A stretch of DNA of 42,437 nt from Macrostomum lignano (Eukaryota). The notes under the pieces are model-generated. The model made no database searches. It saw nothing but the letters and a program-made list of their open reading frames with translations, and was not told where the DNA came from. Positions 9,300-19,115 of this stretch are shown piece by piece (within the stretch, counting starts at the first letter, position 1; every line of letters begins with the position of its first letter). The stretch is taken from the NCBI GenBank assembly GCA_002269645.1, contig NIVC01000512.1, positions 364,661 to 407,097 on the forward strand. The letters run 5' to 3'. A program made the position numbers and the translations under genes.

Positions 9300-11115
9300 A
9301 AGAGCCTATAGGCCACTGAGACTAAGTTATTCAGCAGTATGATGATGCAGCATTTGAGAATGGATAGAAGAAGCCAGTTGGAGCTTGAGCATGCACACGT
9401 CTGGGCCAGCAGCAGTGGCCAGCGGGGGGGGGGCCTGCGGACACCCCCAAGAAGGGACTCACACTGACATGAGCAACCAGTCGGAGCCCCGGGGGCCCCT
9501 GGACCCATGCCCTGACCTGGGAGCGACCAATGGTCCGCACCAGCACAGACATTCCGGAGATACGCCGCCCGCCGAGCCAGGGAACCTCCACCATGTCCTG
9601 CGCCTCCTGGGGGTGGTAAAGCCAAGGACACCACATGCCACGGAATGCCGCCTCCTGGGGGTGGTAAAGCCAAGGACACCACATGCCACGGAATGCCGCC
9701 TCCTGGGGGTGGTAAAGCCAAGGACACCACATGCCACGGAATGCCGCCTCCTGGGGGTGGTAAAGCCAAGGACACCACATGCCACGGAATGCCGCCTCCT
9801 GGGGGTGGTAAAGCCAAGGACACCACATGCCACGGAATGCCGCCTCCTGGGGACACCCAGAGCCTAGAGTTCCCGTTCCTGCAGCTCAAATGCAACGGCA
9901 TCCGTAGCCGCTATACGAAACTAAGCTCCCGGCTGGAAACCGCGCGTCCTGGGGCAGTCCTCCCTCAAGAGACTAAACTCAGGCCATCCGAGAAATTCCG
10001 CCGACCTCCGTGCTATGTCATACGATTCCATCCGCAGCCTGCAGGCCCGGCTCACCGGCATCCTATCCAGCCAATCGCCGCCCACCAACTGAGACCAGAT
10101 CTATCACTGCCACCAATACCGCCTGGCCCGAGCCCACCTCCCAACCTGAGCTGGATCCAGGACCTACCTGCAAGCGATGCGTCCCCAACTACCGCGCCCA
10201 CTGGTGCAGTGGATACCGTAGCCGCCTCAAATGTAGCAGGCGTGGCAGCTCGATTCGAGCCCGGCGGCTAACCACAGACTGGGAGCCAACCCGGCCCCTC
10301 GAATCCTCAAAAAACAAAAAATCACGGGCCGGGGGGATCCATAGTGCTCGTTAGAAATGATATCTGCTATAGCACCGTGGACTGCGGCCTGTCGAGTGAC
10401 GGCACCGACAGAGCCGCGATCTACTTATTCTGTTTACATCCTACCTATCAGCGCCCAGCGCAGTGCCCGGAACAGCGCCATCATCGGCGGAGATTTCAAC
10501 GCCCACGGCTCTTGGAACTCGCACATTGACGAGGACAGACAGGGGTAAGACACATTAAGGAATGGGCGGCTAGAGCCGGCCTAGCCATCTACAACTCCCT
10601 AGCCCACACGAGAACCTGCCCGGCCACAGGCAAGCAAAGTGCGCCAGATATCACCTGCGTCTGTCGCCTATTCAGAGCCGAGAGTCGAGCGGGACTGCGA
10701 GAGCGATCAACTTCCGATCAGCTTTCACATCTCGGCCCCCCACCAGCAGAGATGGAGGGGCCCGACTCGCTGGAACTACCGAAAAGCCGACTGGGCCACC
10801 TTCAGATCTCAGCTTTAGAAGTGCTAGCTCACGACCCCGGACGAGGCAGCTCCGTCATCCTAAAGGCGGTCCAGGGTGCCATCCCGAGGGGCAGCTGCGC
10901 CGGCCGCCGCGCCCCCTTCTGGAACGAGGCGTGAAGAAGGGGAAGACCTGCAGCAAAGTCCATGAGGCCCAGGAAGAATCGCTGAAACCCCTGTGCTCGG
11001 ACTGCGACGAGGAGGACACCCGAGCACCACCTCCTCTATCACTGCCCTCGGGAAGACCCTGTCCGTCGCGCTCACCTCCTCGACCTTGGCGACGCGAACT
11101 CATCAGTGGCCAGTG
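9300..11115 (+). mobile_element. Non-LTR retrotransposon 5' portion (APE endonuclease plus linker), truncated before RT
   Basis: Motifs FLQLKCNGIRS, PQETKL, GGSIVLVRNDI, IIGGDFNAHGSW, SAPDIT, TRWNYRKADWATF and AIPRG..PFWNE occur in order across frameshifted frames; no RT motifs follow. The left boundary is approximate. Confidence 0.85.
9601..9852. repeat. 48-bp tandem repeat, 5 identical copies plus a partial copy
   Basis: Unit cgcctcctgggggtggtaaagccaaggacaccacatgccacggaatgc. Confidence 0.95.
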
Positions 11116-11629
11116 ACCTTTCCCCGACTGACAAGTTTGCGCGTTTGTGAAAAAAAATTAGCCTGAGAATAGCCTGAGCATTCGCGCTAATAACTGTGAG
11201 CTCTTATGCGAGGAGCTGAAAAACTTCAGCGCGCTTATGAGAATGCGTGCTCATGCATGCCACCCTGACTTTGTATTAGCAAATTAGTAACGAGTTTACT
11301 AAGCTTCAACTCTTCTGGTGAAACACGAATTGTGTAAATCAAGCAAGTATTTAATATTACAGAACAATTTGATAGGACGTTCAATACAGCTTTTTTATGC
11401 TTCTCCGAGTCTCAGGCGTTGTATCAAATAATATCTGAGACAATAGTATAGTTTTCCCCTACATTTTCTGCTTCTGAAAGCGATTACTTTCTATTTTGCT
11501 AAGCGGGCCATTAGCTACATTATTTCTGATGCTGTACAATGACAGTGCCAGTCAGCGCAGTGTTCGATGACCACTGGATTGAGCTGGATTAAATCGTGCA
11601 TCACAACTAAAAAAGTGCCTGCAATTCAC

Positions 11630-11773
11630 TCAAAGGCCCATCTGACTGGCCAGGCGGCTCTGCTGCAGCAGTATCATTTTCAGTTCGTCCTTGCTGATCT
11701 TGCCGTCGTGATTGACGTCCCACTGATCAAGGATGACTTTCTTGAAGAACAGCATGTCCTGAGCGTCATAGTC
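11630..11773 (-). CDS. Calbindin-like exon 11 (terminal)
   Basis: attcgcag|GAC ... TGA, 144 nt, DYDAQD...WDVNHDGKISKDEL...QMGL*. Confidence 0.95.
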   Translation of the reverse strand, partial: DYDAQDMLFFKKVILDQWDVNHDGKISKDELKMILLQQSRLASQMGL

Positions 11774-14700
11774 CTGCGAATCGAAGTATACGAGTATATA
11801 GTCATTAGTTGTTTAATCTAGCAGCAATTTGCTCCAGAGGTTTAGCATTGTCTCACAACCGGCGAGAGGCAGTACTGCCGATTCCGCCGACTCCCTGAGC
11901 AGGCACACAAGCGCGCGGATACGTACGCAGTCATACGCACAGGCACACACTCACATAATAAAAAAAATTAATTGATTACACCTGCCCTAATAGGCAGATG
12001 TGCAACCGTCAGCTCAGCCGCAGCCATTGTGCGGCGCATCTGAAGGCTGCGTATGGCTGTTCAGTCCGAGGACTGGGGGGTCACCACACACCCTCAATTA
12101 CCCCAACTAATGCTGGCACTCATTTTACAACTGGGTGAACTGAAGCAATGCAGAGTTAAGTGTCTTGCTCAAGGACACAAATTTTTCGAGTAGGATCGGG
12201 AATCGAACCCCCGGCCTTCAAGTCGTGAGTCCGACGCTCTAACCACTAGGCTACAACCCCAGCTCACAGCTTACACACTCACACAGGAGTGCACAGCGGC
12301 CCTAACTTATTTATCGTTAGGCATGTACACTTCACTGTGCCCTGGGGGTTGGCCCTCAAGGCCGTTAATTGCACGTGCAAAGCCAAGCCCAAATTAATGT
12401 GACTGCACTTGGAATTGAGCCTGGGCCGTTGGCACGTGAGAGCGCCGCGCCAGACCACTGGGATACATCGATATGATCGATATCGATGAGAAAATTAATA
12501 CCCAAAATCGACTGACTTATACCCAACGGCGTACTAATAGGGGTATAAAAACCTGCTACAAACCCTAGATGCCCCTTCGAAGCTTCTATAAATTTATTTT
12601 TAACATAAGCCGCTCGCGCACTGGCTCACTTACCTCTTGGGCCAACTCCAGCAAATCCTTCAGGAACCCTTGCAGCTCCTCATTTTCAATGCAGCCGTTT
12701 TTATCCTAAAATTAATTTTTGCTGTAACAGTTACTGCCCGAGAGACTGTTTTGGCCTGTCAAGCTGTCCAGCAAAGACTTCCGCTCACCCTGTCGTACAA
12801 GTTGAACACGCGATCAATGTCATTGCTGTTGATGCGGTTGGCATTCTGAAATTCGTTTTCCAAGAACGTCGGCGTGCTCTTACATAAAAGTTGGGAGGGC
12901 TTAACGAGTTAAACTCGCAGCGTCATACCTTGAAAATCGGTCGGCATAGGTAGTTCTCTTTCACTGGCAAAAGCCTGCAGGAGTCAAGTTACAATTTTGC
13001 ATAATATTGCCAGCTAGTTTGAGCACTAATTAGTCAACTGCAGGCTACTCACTTGGCCATCTCGCTAAGCTGCAGTTTGCCGTCGCGATTCTGATCGAAC
13101 AACTGCAGCTGAAATGGACATCAGACGCCTGTGAGCTTCATCAGAAATGAATCAGAAAGGGGATCCGACCAAAGCGCACAATGAGCTTGTAAAATGGGGT
13201 ATCAAATCGACCATATTTTAAGCCACACTTCCCGACTGGGAAGGAATACATAGATAGTTCACGCCCATGCTAATCGCTGCCGACTGTGTAGGGAAGGGGA
13301 ACTAATGAAGCTGTGTGTGGCTTCGGCAAGACTTTGAGGGTGAGGCTTCATCAGGAAACTCGGCGCGGGAAGGCGCGAGCACGCACAGAATGCATCGCTG
13401 CGGATGCTTCGTCTCACGTCAGCCCGAATCCTCATCTCTGCCTTACTGCTAATCTGATCCCTGCAATCCCTTCACATGTAATTCTTTCTCCCCTTCTGTC
13501 TCTTTACCTGAAGCAATTCAACTTTCACACATATTTATTATCGCCACCTCTGTCTCATAACATCTGTAATATTCCATGGAATCCAGTTGCAATGCATTCC
13601 AACGTGTGCATATGATTCTTGAGTTTATGGAGTTTTCAGCACCAACGCGTAAAGTTACGCAAAACAGTCAAATTTACCAGATGGTATTTTAGATAAAAAA
13701 TGGAACTACAGCTTGTGAAAAATATAACCAACAAGCGAAGAGAGGTGCCCGGAGGCGGAATTGAGAAGCCACGAGGAGAGAGAAAGGCACGATGTAAAAT
13801 CGCACACACTAAGTACATCCTGGGGTGGCAGGCACAGGGCAGAGAGGCGGACGAGAAGGGACACGGGGTAGAGTGGAAAGCGCACGATGTACATTCGCTA
13901 ACTCGCTCTGTACAGCCCGGGGTGACAGACACGGGGTAGAGAGGAAAGCGCACGACGTACATTCGCTAACTCGCTATGTACAGCCCGGGGTGACAGGCAC
14001 AGGAATGAGAGGTGAACGGGATAAGGCCGGGCGAGAGAGAGAAACGCGCACAGTTTCGCAGAAAAAAGTGATTGAATTAAAAAGTCTCATACCATAGTGC
14101 TGGTGTACTCCAGGAGTTTGTCCTCGCTGACGCAACGATCGGCGCAGTCGAGAATGTGCTTGAGAAAGTCCTGCAAGAAAGACAGTGTTAGCAAAAGTAA
14201 CCGCAGAAAAGTGAACATTTAGGAAATATAGACACAGCAAAAGGCAAATAGTTGATTGACTTATAACGGAGTTTTCCATACGCTTACACGAAGTTCATCA
14301 GCCTCAATATAGCCCGAGTGGTCCTTGTCGAACTGCCTCCAAATCTGAAAAGTTTGTGAAATTGGATACAATAAAAGTGGCCAGACTTTCCCCCCCCCCC
14401 GCCAACAGCAGTCAACTTCGCACAGACTTCTCTGCGCTGAAACTTTCCAAATTCCTAATCTAATCATAAGCAGAGCCAAATTGAAGCATGGGTAGAATTT
14501 TGAAAATTTTGAAACTTTTTTGTAAATTCGAGTGAATTGAATTTGAAGAAAGAGGCGGTTGAAAACCCAGGAATATTTCTTTTAGTTGGAAGCAGAGTTG
14601 TTAATCAATACTCTCGACTTATTGCCGAAAGTACTTTAAATCGAGTGCCTTCAAGCATGGCTGCCGCACAAGATAATGAATAGGCAATTCAAAAGCCATG

Positions 14701-17700
14701 TTTATGTAGCTATTCATTTGAAAGACAGTTTTTTGCTAGACCTCCCTCTTCCTGTCAGACTACAGATGTAGCTAGGCGTCTAAATTCGCAGATCCCTCGT
14801 ATGGTAGTGTTGCTCATGAACAACACAAATATAGGGACGATTGTGCGAAGTTGACTGAAAGCCGGTGTTTGCTGAACTGTGGCAGAGCGGCGCTCTTGAG
14901 CAGGAGACACGAAGCAGTTGCATGCTCAGCACAAAAGCATCGTATGGCGAGCAAATGGAGCACAACGAGGTCTGAAGCTCAAGCGTGGTTCTTCTCGCGA
15001 GATGCGTGCGTATCACGCGCCTGATCACTTGCGTTGCTTGCCCTGTTCGTACAAAGCCTACGATGCTAAAGGACCTGATGCATGCAGTGTGACAAATCTG
15101 TTTCTGGGCTACGTCGTTATGATACGATCGAGCGTCCAAGTTAGCAAGTGGTACCAAAATGTTCCGCTAGGTCGTCACACACTGGACGGAGTTGCCAAAT
15201 CGCTGACGGCTGGCCACGAGAATTCTGCTGTAGGTTCACAAACCAATCGCTCCGAAAAACATACGCCACCACGCTGCATCGCCACCAGGACATCAGGCTG
15301 CTGATATAGCGCGTATCTCAGGTCACTCTAGCAGTGAGAGGTACACATCGCTTGACACACGTGACCATCTACAGATTTCTGGGACACTTCAGCTCACAGT
15401 GGCTATTCAAAACACTGATGACGAGCCGACAGGCGCTTCCACTTCTTTAACGACCGATGCAGTCTCTTGGGAAAGGGCTGGCTCTTCCGAGAATATGAAT
15501 ATTGTCGCTAATGATGAGACTGTCACCATTACTTGGGAGTGATTTTTCGCTGGCTTTTTGCTATGACCCAATTATTATGACTATTCCGGCTTTCTCTATT
15601 CCTATTCCTACTTACTCCCGGGTTTTCATTCGAGATGTTTAGCTATGTTTTACGACTATGGACCATATACAGAGAGAATATGGTCCATATAATAGGCCTC
15701 ATTTTCAGGCCCGATATATCATACAATTGGCTTTTTTGAGTCCCGATGTATGAGACCAGGTCAAAGACAATTAAAAATTGAGACTTCCTACAAAAATATA
15801 AGCCATGATGAACGCAACATTGGAGTGTTTCTGGAGGTTAAGTAAATACCTTTTTCGCGGGAGCTATTTTCATAAATCACGAGGGCCTTCTGAGGCGGCT
15901 TGAACAAGAAGGAATTCTGGAGTCGTGGCCTGTGAGCGAAACCTCACTCGCACAGGTTTTGTAGCAAAAACTGGCCTCCAGTCAAAGTTTTTCACGATGA
16001 TTTTTGAGTTGCAGCGTACTTCTATACTTTAGTTGTGCATGCCGCTTCATCAGTATGGTGTGTTTATCAGTGTGTTTAATCAGGCGCATCCTTTTCCAGA
16101 AAGTGTCACGCAAGCCAACAAAAAATGGTAAACAGATTTGAGTCTGTTTGAGGCGCGTTGTCGCTTCGCTGCTATTCATATCGCTATACTGATAGAGTTC
16201 TTTATAGCTTTGCCGAGGGCAGGCAGCAGTGAGCGCGTCCGACTCTCGCACCTCCACCATTGGTTCGATTCCGTGCTCAGCTGCATGATTTGGGGCTTTT
16301 GAGCACGAAAATTGTCCGGGGGGCTTGTCCTGTGATTCACAGTCATGGGGACCAACCCCCAAGGCACAGAGAGTGTACATGCCCGATGATTAGAAAGTCA
16401 GAGCCACTGGTACACCCTGTGTGAGCGTGTGTGTGAGTGCGTGTCTGAGTACAGTAGTGTGCTCAGGAGTCAGCGGAGTGGGCCATCAAAAACCCGAAAA
16501 ATCACAAACACTTCCCATCATAAACCCGAAATATCATAACTCCGAACTTGCTAGCAACGCACATCATCAACCCGAAAACCATAATAGCGTTGGGGACATT
16601 GCTAGAACTTTCGGTAGTTCGGTTATGATATTTCGGCTTTGTGATGGAAAGCGCTTTTTGGGTTGTGATTTTTCGTGTTTTTGATGCCCCCTGTGGGACG
16701 AGAACTGACACTTCTCATCTTTTAGCTGCATCCAGTTAGCCGTAGTCGGGGATTTCTAGCGCTTGCTAAGTCGACAGTTAAACCCATTCCGCTGGCCTCT
16801 GAGAGCGCACACAAATGCAGGTCAAAGACGACTAAAGCATATGGACTGGGATATTTTTTTCTTGGAAATATTTGAAGGCTGACTTTACGCGAATAATATA
16901 CTAGCGAAATATGAGTTCTTTCTTTCTATTCACAAAGATGACAGACCTATTCTATCTTGATGTGTATTTTCGATAATTTTCTAAGAAATGAATTTTCCCG
17001 CCCTTCTACTTGAGCCGTCCTTGAAGCAGTCACATAATCCCACACGTGAAAGCAATTATTTTAGTAGGCTCATCAGCAAATTCTGAAGTATTTTTTATTA
17101 GAAGCTAAACTGAATAGTCAGTGAATAAATAGTAGGACTTCTAGGCTTCTAGGTAGACAGGCTGTTTAGAGAAACTATTAGAAGTGACCTGCAACAAGTG
17201 CATTGGCGAGCAGCCTGATGGAGAAGAGCGCCCAGGCCTCGCCTCTCTTACCCGCATGAACTCCACGCTCGAGTCCACAGGGTTGTTTCGGCGGAACAGC
17301 AGCAGGAAATTCTCCTCAGTTGGCAGGATCTGCGAGAGCTGCAATGAGCGGTCAGTGGCCAGACTGTCAGCATGGAATAGCAAAGTAGAAGAAAATGAGG
17401 GCTGTGGGACCATTTTTTCCCTTCTATATTTTCCACTAGAAGGCATGCGGGCTGCCTGTCGGAAAAGTCAGCTGCATCACGAATTTGTTGCTCAACATCA
17501 TCATCATAAATAAGAATGACATCAAAGTCAATGCTTTATGGCTAATGTTGAGTCAGAGAAAAGCAAATCTTACCTCGCCGATTTCAATCTTTCCATCGTA
17601 GTTCTCGTCGAAAGCGTCCATAAAGTCTCGCTTCATGGCCGCTAGAGCGGTCTCGGAGATGACCTGCGGACAAGTGGGCGGGGCGCTTCGCGTCTGCACT

Positions 17701-18907
17701 GAGCGTATTTCAATACGCATGGTTGAGCATGGACAACACGCTGCTTGTATCCGCCTTTTAAATCAGAGAAAAGTGCGTAGGTTAAAAGAAAAAGCAGTGT
17801 TAATAGTCGAATCCGAGTTGTTTTTTGTGACTGCACGTGATCCTCGATGCGATCCGCCCTTTTAGCCAAGGCCGAGGTGATAAAGGAAGAATAGAAATGG
17901 ACAAATCACGGTTGAAAGACGCACAAAATGAAAACATATTGACTAAAACGCTTTGGAGAGACCAGGTAAGTCTCACCTCTGGTCCGATGTCCTCCGTTAC
18001 CACTGACGAGATGAACTCGCGCAGGAACTCGTCCAGCTCTTGGCCCTCAATGAATCCGTTTCCTGCGAATGGAAGGGGCATTGGAGGCTACTTATCAGCA
18101 CAGCTCAAAGCGGATCAAACCTATAGCTTCACAATATGCATATGATTTTCACGAACAGCTTCACATGTAGCAAGTTAGAATGCGTAATGATATTGGGCCT
18201 ACAGTAAACCGTGAGTTAGAATACGCTGCCCCAGAAGCGTTGCTTTTTCTGATATCCTGCTCCGGGGACTTGGGCAGAGTAATTGCCCGACAGACTCCGT
18301 CCGTTGTTCTGTCCGGAGATATCTGTTTTCTGGATAAGCCATGGCAAAAATTATCTTCCTTCTGCTCATGTTGCATTTGCTCTGCTAAGCCTGGCCTTTC
18401 TCAGCTGCTCGCTTTCGCTTTTTCATGCATTTCATGCTTCTCAAAATAAGGATTCTTGATAAGCTCATGATTGATGGACAATCGAGGTTTGCTTGTTTTG
18501 CTTTGCTTCAGGGCAGATTCGAACATTCGCCACAAAAATGGCACTAATCTGATTTGACATTTTGCAGGATCTAACTTTAAGTTTGTACGAGTATCTTCCA
18601 CTTCCTATATATTGGAAATATTACTTTGCACAGCTTGTGTTTGGAGTAGTTGAAATAGAGACGTCACAAAGTAGGCTGTCTGAGGTTTGAGTGCAGCAGA
18701 GAGTCGAATGTCTAAAGATTAGGTAACCTCAGAGTAGGTCATCAAGGTGGCCACGCGGTGACTCTCACCATCTTTGTCGTAGTGGCTCCAGACCTCTGCA
18801 AACTGCGTGGCAGTGAAGTTCTTTAGTCGACGCGTGTTCTGGTCGCGAAACTGGGCCAGGAAATTAGCTCGTTGATTCTGCTGCTGCTGGGAGATCGGTC
18901 CCGACAT
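11630..18907 (-). CDS. Cbp53E: Calbindin-32 / Cbp53E-like hexa-EF-hand calcium-binding protein, 11 coding exons, 303 aa
   Basis: All ten introns are GT-AG with matching phases; 912 nt from ATG 18907 to TGA 11630, no frameshift. Family motifs: VWSHYDKDGNGFIEGQELDEFLREF, FMDAFDENYDGKIEIGE, ILPTEENFLLLFR, SSVEFMRIWRQFDKDHSGYIEADEL, SEDKLLEYT, LFDQNRDGKLQLSEMAKLLPVKEN, ENEELQGFLKDLLE, DYDAQD. The symbol is that of the closest family member I recognise (Drosophila). Confidence 0.96.
11975..12260 (-). mobile_element. tRNA-derived CORE-like SINE (family 1)
   Basis: Minus strand begins GGGGTTGTAGCCTAGTGGTTAG (A box) ... GGTTCGATTCC (B box), then gtgtccttgagcaagacacttaac...cagttgtaaaatg, which resembles the MIR/CORE central domain. 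The tail boundary is approximate. Confidence 0.8.
12262..12468 (-). mobile_element. tRNA-derived SINE (family 2), copy 1
   Basis: Degenerate A box (tcccagtggtctgg) and B box (ggctcaattcc); the body ccaacccccagggcacagtgaagtgtacatgcc and a TG-rich tail are shared with 16213-16450. Confidence 0.65.
12634..12705 (-). CDS. Calbindin-like exon 10
   Basis: ttttag|GAT ... GAG|GTAAGT, 72 nt, DKNGCIENEELQGFLKDLLE. Confidence 0.95.
12789..12845 (-). CDS. Calbindin-like exon 9
   Basis: atttcag|AAT ... AGG|GTGAGC, 57 nt, NANRINSNDIDRVFNLYDR. Confidence 0.95.
12929..12974 (-). CDS. Calbindin-like exon 8
   Basis: cctgcag|G ... AAG|GTATGA, 46 nt, LLPVKENYLCRPIFK. Confidence 0.95.
13053..13108 (-). CDS. 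Calbindin-like exon 7
   Basis: catttcag|CTG ... AA|GTGAGT, 56 nt, LQLFDQNRDGKLQLSEMA. Confidence 0.95.
13861..13996. repeat. 68-bp direct tandem duplication (2 copies, 3 mismatches)
   Basis: 13861-13928 versus 13929-13996, compared by eye. Confidence 0.9.
14093..14170 (-). CDS. Calbindin-like exon 6
   Basis: ttcttgcag|GAC ... ATG|GTATGA, 78 nt, DFLKHIL...SEDKLLEYTSTM. Confidence 0.95.
14288..14344 (-). CDS. Calbindin-like exon 5
   Basis: cttttcag|ATT ... CGT|GTAAGC, 57 nt, IWRQFDKDHSGYIEADELR. Confidence 0.95.
14870..15395 (+). mobile_element. Crypton-type (DUF3504/KCTD1-like) tyrosine recombinase fossil
   Basis: Translation across frameshifts: ELWQSGAL...QRGLKLKR...RC.PCSYKAY.AKGP...NLFL...WYQNVPLGRHTLDGVAK...TNRS/RKTYATTLH...GHSSSERYTSLD...QISGTL. 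This follows the WY.N.PLG.N.L / TNHS.R.T.AT.L / GH.S..Y pattern of CryptonA-type recombinases. Degenerate. Confidence 0.75.
15657..15689. other. Perfect 12-bp inverted repeat with a 9-nt spacer
   Basis: tatggaccatat-acagagaga-atatggtccata. Confidence 0.9.
16213..16450 (+). mobile_element. tRNA-derived SINE (family 2), copy 2
   Basis: B box ggttcgattcc at about 16262; body ccaacccccaaggcacagagagtgtacatgcc and TG-rich tail match the reverse complement of 12262-12468. Confidence 0.65.
16480..16689. mobile_element. Fold-back MITE with long imperfect TIRs
   Basis: gggccatcaaaaacccgaaaaatcacaa pairs with ttgtgattttcgtgttttttgatgccc; inner ccgaaatatcataac pairs with gttatgatatttcgg. No clear TSD. 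Confidence 0.75.
17252..17338 (-). CDS. Calbindin-like exon 4
   Basis: cattgcag|CTC ... CGG|GTAAGA, 87 nt, LSQILPTEENFLLLFR. Confidence 0.95.
17574..17663 (-). CDS. Calbindin-like exon 3
   Basis: tccgcag|GTC ... GAG|GTAAGA, 90 nt, FDENYDGKIEIGE. Confidence 0.95.
17977..18062 (-). CDS. Calbindin-like exon 2
   Basis: cattcgcag|GA ... GAG|GTGAGA, 86 nt, NGFIEGQELDEFLREF. Confidence 0.95.
18769..18907 (-). CDS. Calbindin-like exon 1
   Basis: ATG...YDKDG, donor G|GTGAGA, 139 nt. Confidence 0.92.
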
Positions 18908-18999
18908 TTCGCAGCGACGGTATTGCTCTTGCTGGGCGCTCTGCTATGCTCAATCAAATATGTCTGTTCGGCAGGAGAATACACTCCCTAGCTCTTTCC

Positions 19000-19115
19000 T
19001 GCTGCGCTGTTGACTGTCGCTTTTAAAAAGCAGTCCCACTGAGCTACCGAGCTTTCAAGGTCTGCCCACTCCTGAGGAGCTGTCGCGGACCAATTAGGTC
19101 TCGAATTGGACGCCT
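19000..19115 (-). promoter_or_regulatory. Candidate core promoter of the calbindin-like gene
   Basis: On the minus strand a TATA-like ttttaaaa at about 19020-19027 precedes a cagtc Inr-like motif, with CCAAT/TAATT motifs near 19090-19108, about 110-200 nt upstream of the ATG. Motif-only evidence. Confidence 0.25.

Noticed and set aside
9296-9901. Minus-strand ORFs with repeated peptides
   Set aside because: Arise from the 48-bp array inside the LINE fragment.
11250-11270. hAT-like terminus (tgccaccctg)
   Set aside because: No matching opposite end or 8-bp TSD found in the window.
12185-12260. Functional tRNA gene
   Set aside because: A and B boxes are present but the acceptor and anticodon stems pair poorly, and the head continues into a SINE core domain.
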